This document shows, one piece after another, positions 63,898 to 64,000 of a stretch of DNA of 64,000 nt. This DNA is from an uncultured delta proteobacterium (GTDB lineage Bacteria > Myxococcota_A > Polyangia > Haliangiales > Haliangiaceae), in assembly GCA_963848295.1 (NCBI GenBank), contig CAWKDB010000010.1, forward strand, positions 3,456,001-3,520,000, given 5' to 3'. A program made the position numbers and the translations under genes. The notes under the pieces were generated by a model, which was given only the letters and a program-made list of their open reading frames with translations, was not told where the DNA came from and searched no databases. The first letter of the stretch is position 1; each line of letters opens with the position of its first letter.

Positions 63898-64000
63898 ATG
63901 GAGAAGCCGCTCATTGTGTGCATAGACGACGACGAAGCGATGCTCGGCGGGATCGCGCGATCGTTGCGGCGAGAGCCTAGCTTCGACGTGCGCACCAGCG
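63898..64000 (+). CDS. Response regulator receiver (partial, runs off window)
   Basis: MEKPLIVCIDDDEAML...RSLRR. Confidence 0.7.
   Translation, partial: MEKPLIVCIDDDEAMLGGIARSLRREPSFDVRTS

Overview
High-GC window whose gene content (several Hanks-type Ser/Thr kinases, a giant TPR protein, Cys-rich lipoproteins, an Oar-like receptor) points to a myxobacterium; this taxonomy is inference. About 55 CDS: polyamine genes (aguB, aguA, a PLP decarboxylase), a partial Wzy-type polysaccharide cluster, a family-B DNA polymerase, two orphan Afp15/Pvc15-like AAA+ ATPase cassettes, signalling genes and a lipase/acyl-CoA synthetase fusion broken by four +1 frameshifts. No rRNA, tRNA, CRISPR-Cas, transposase or reverse transcriptase was seen. 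The most unusual signals are non-coding. (1) A CTAG-bounded ~720-bp element (11446-12166) has ~85-bp hexamer-periodic inverted arms around a four-helix-bundle (Avd/IVP-like) gene. Its right arm is interrupted by a 171-nt miniature group II intron-like RNA (GUGCG start, domains V and VI, AC end). (2) A dispersed 23-bp box recurs at exactly 75-bp spacing at two loci, with an IHF-like motif in the same register. (3) Many genes appear to have leaderless promoters.
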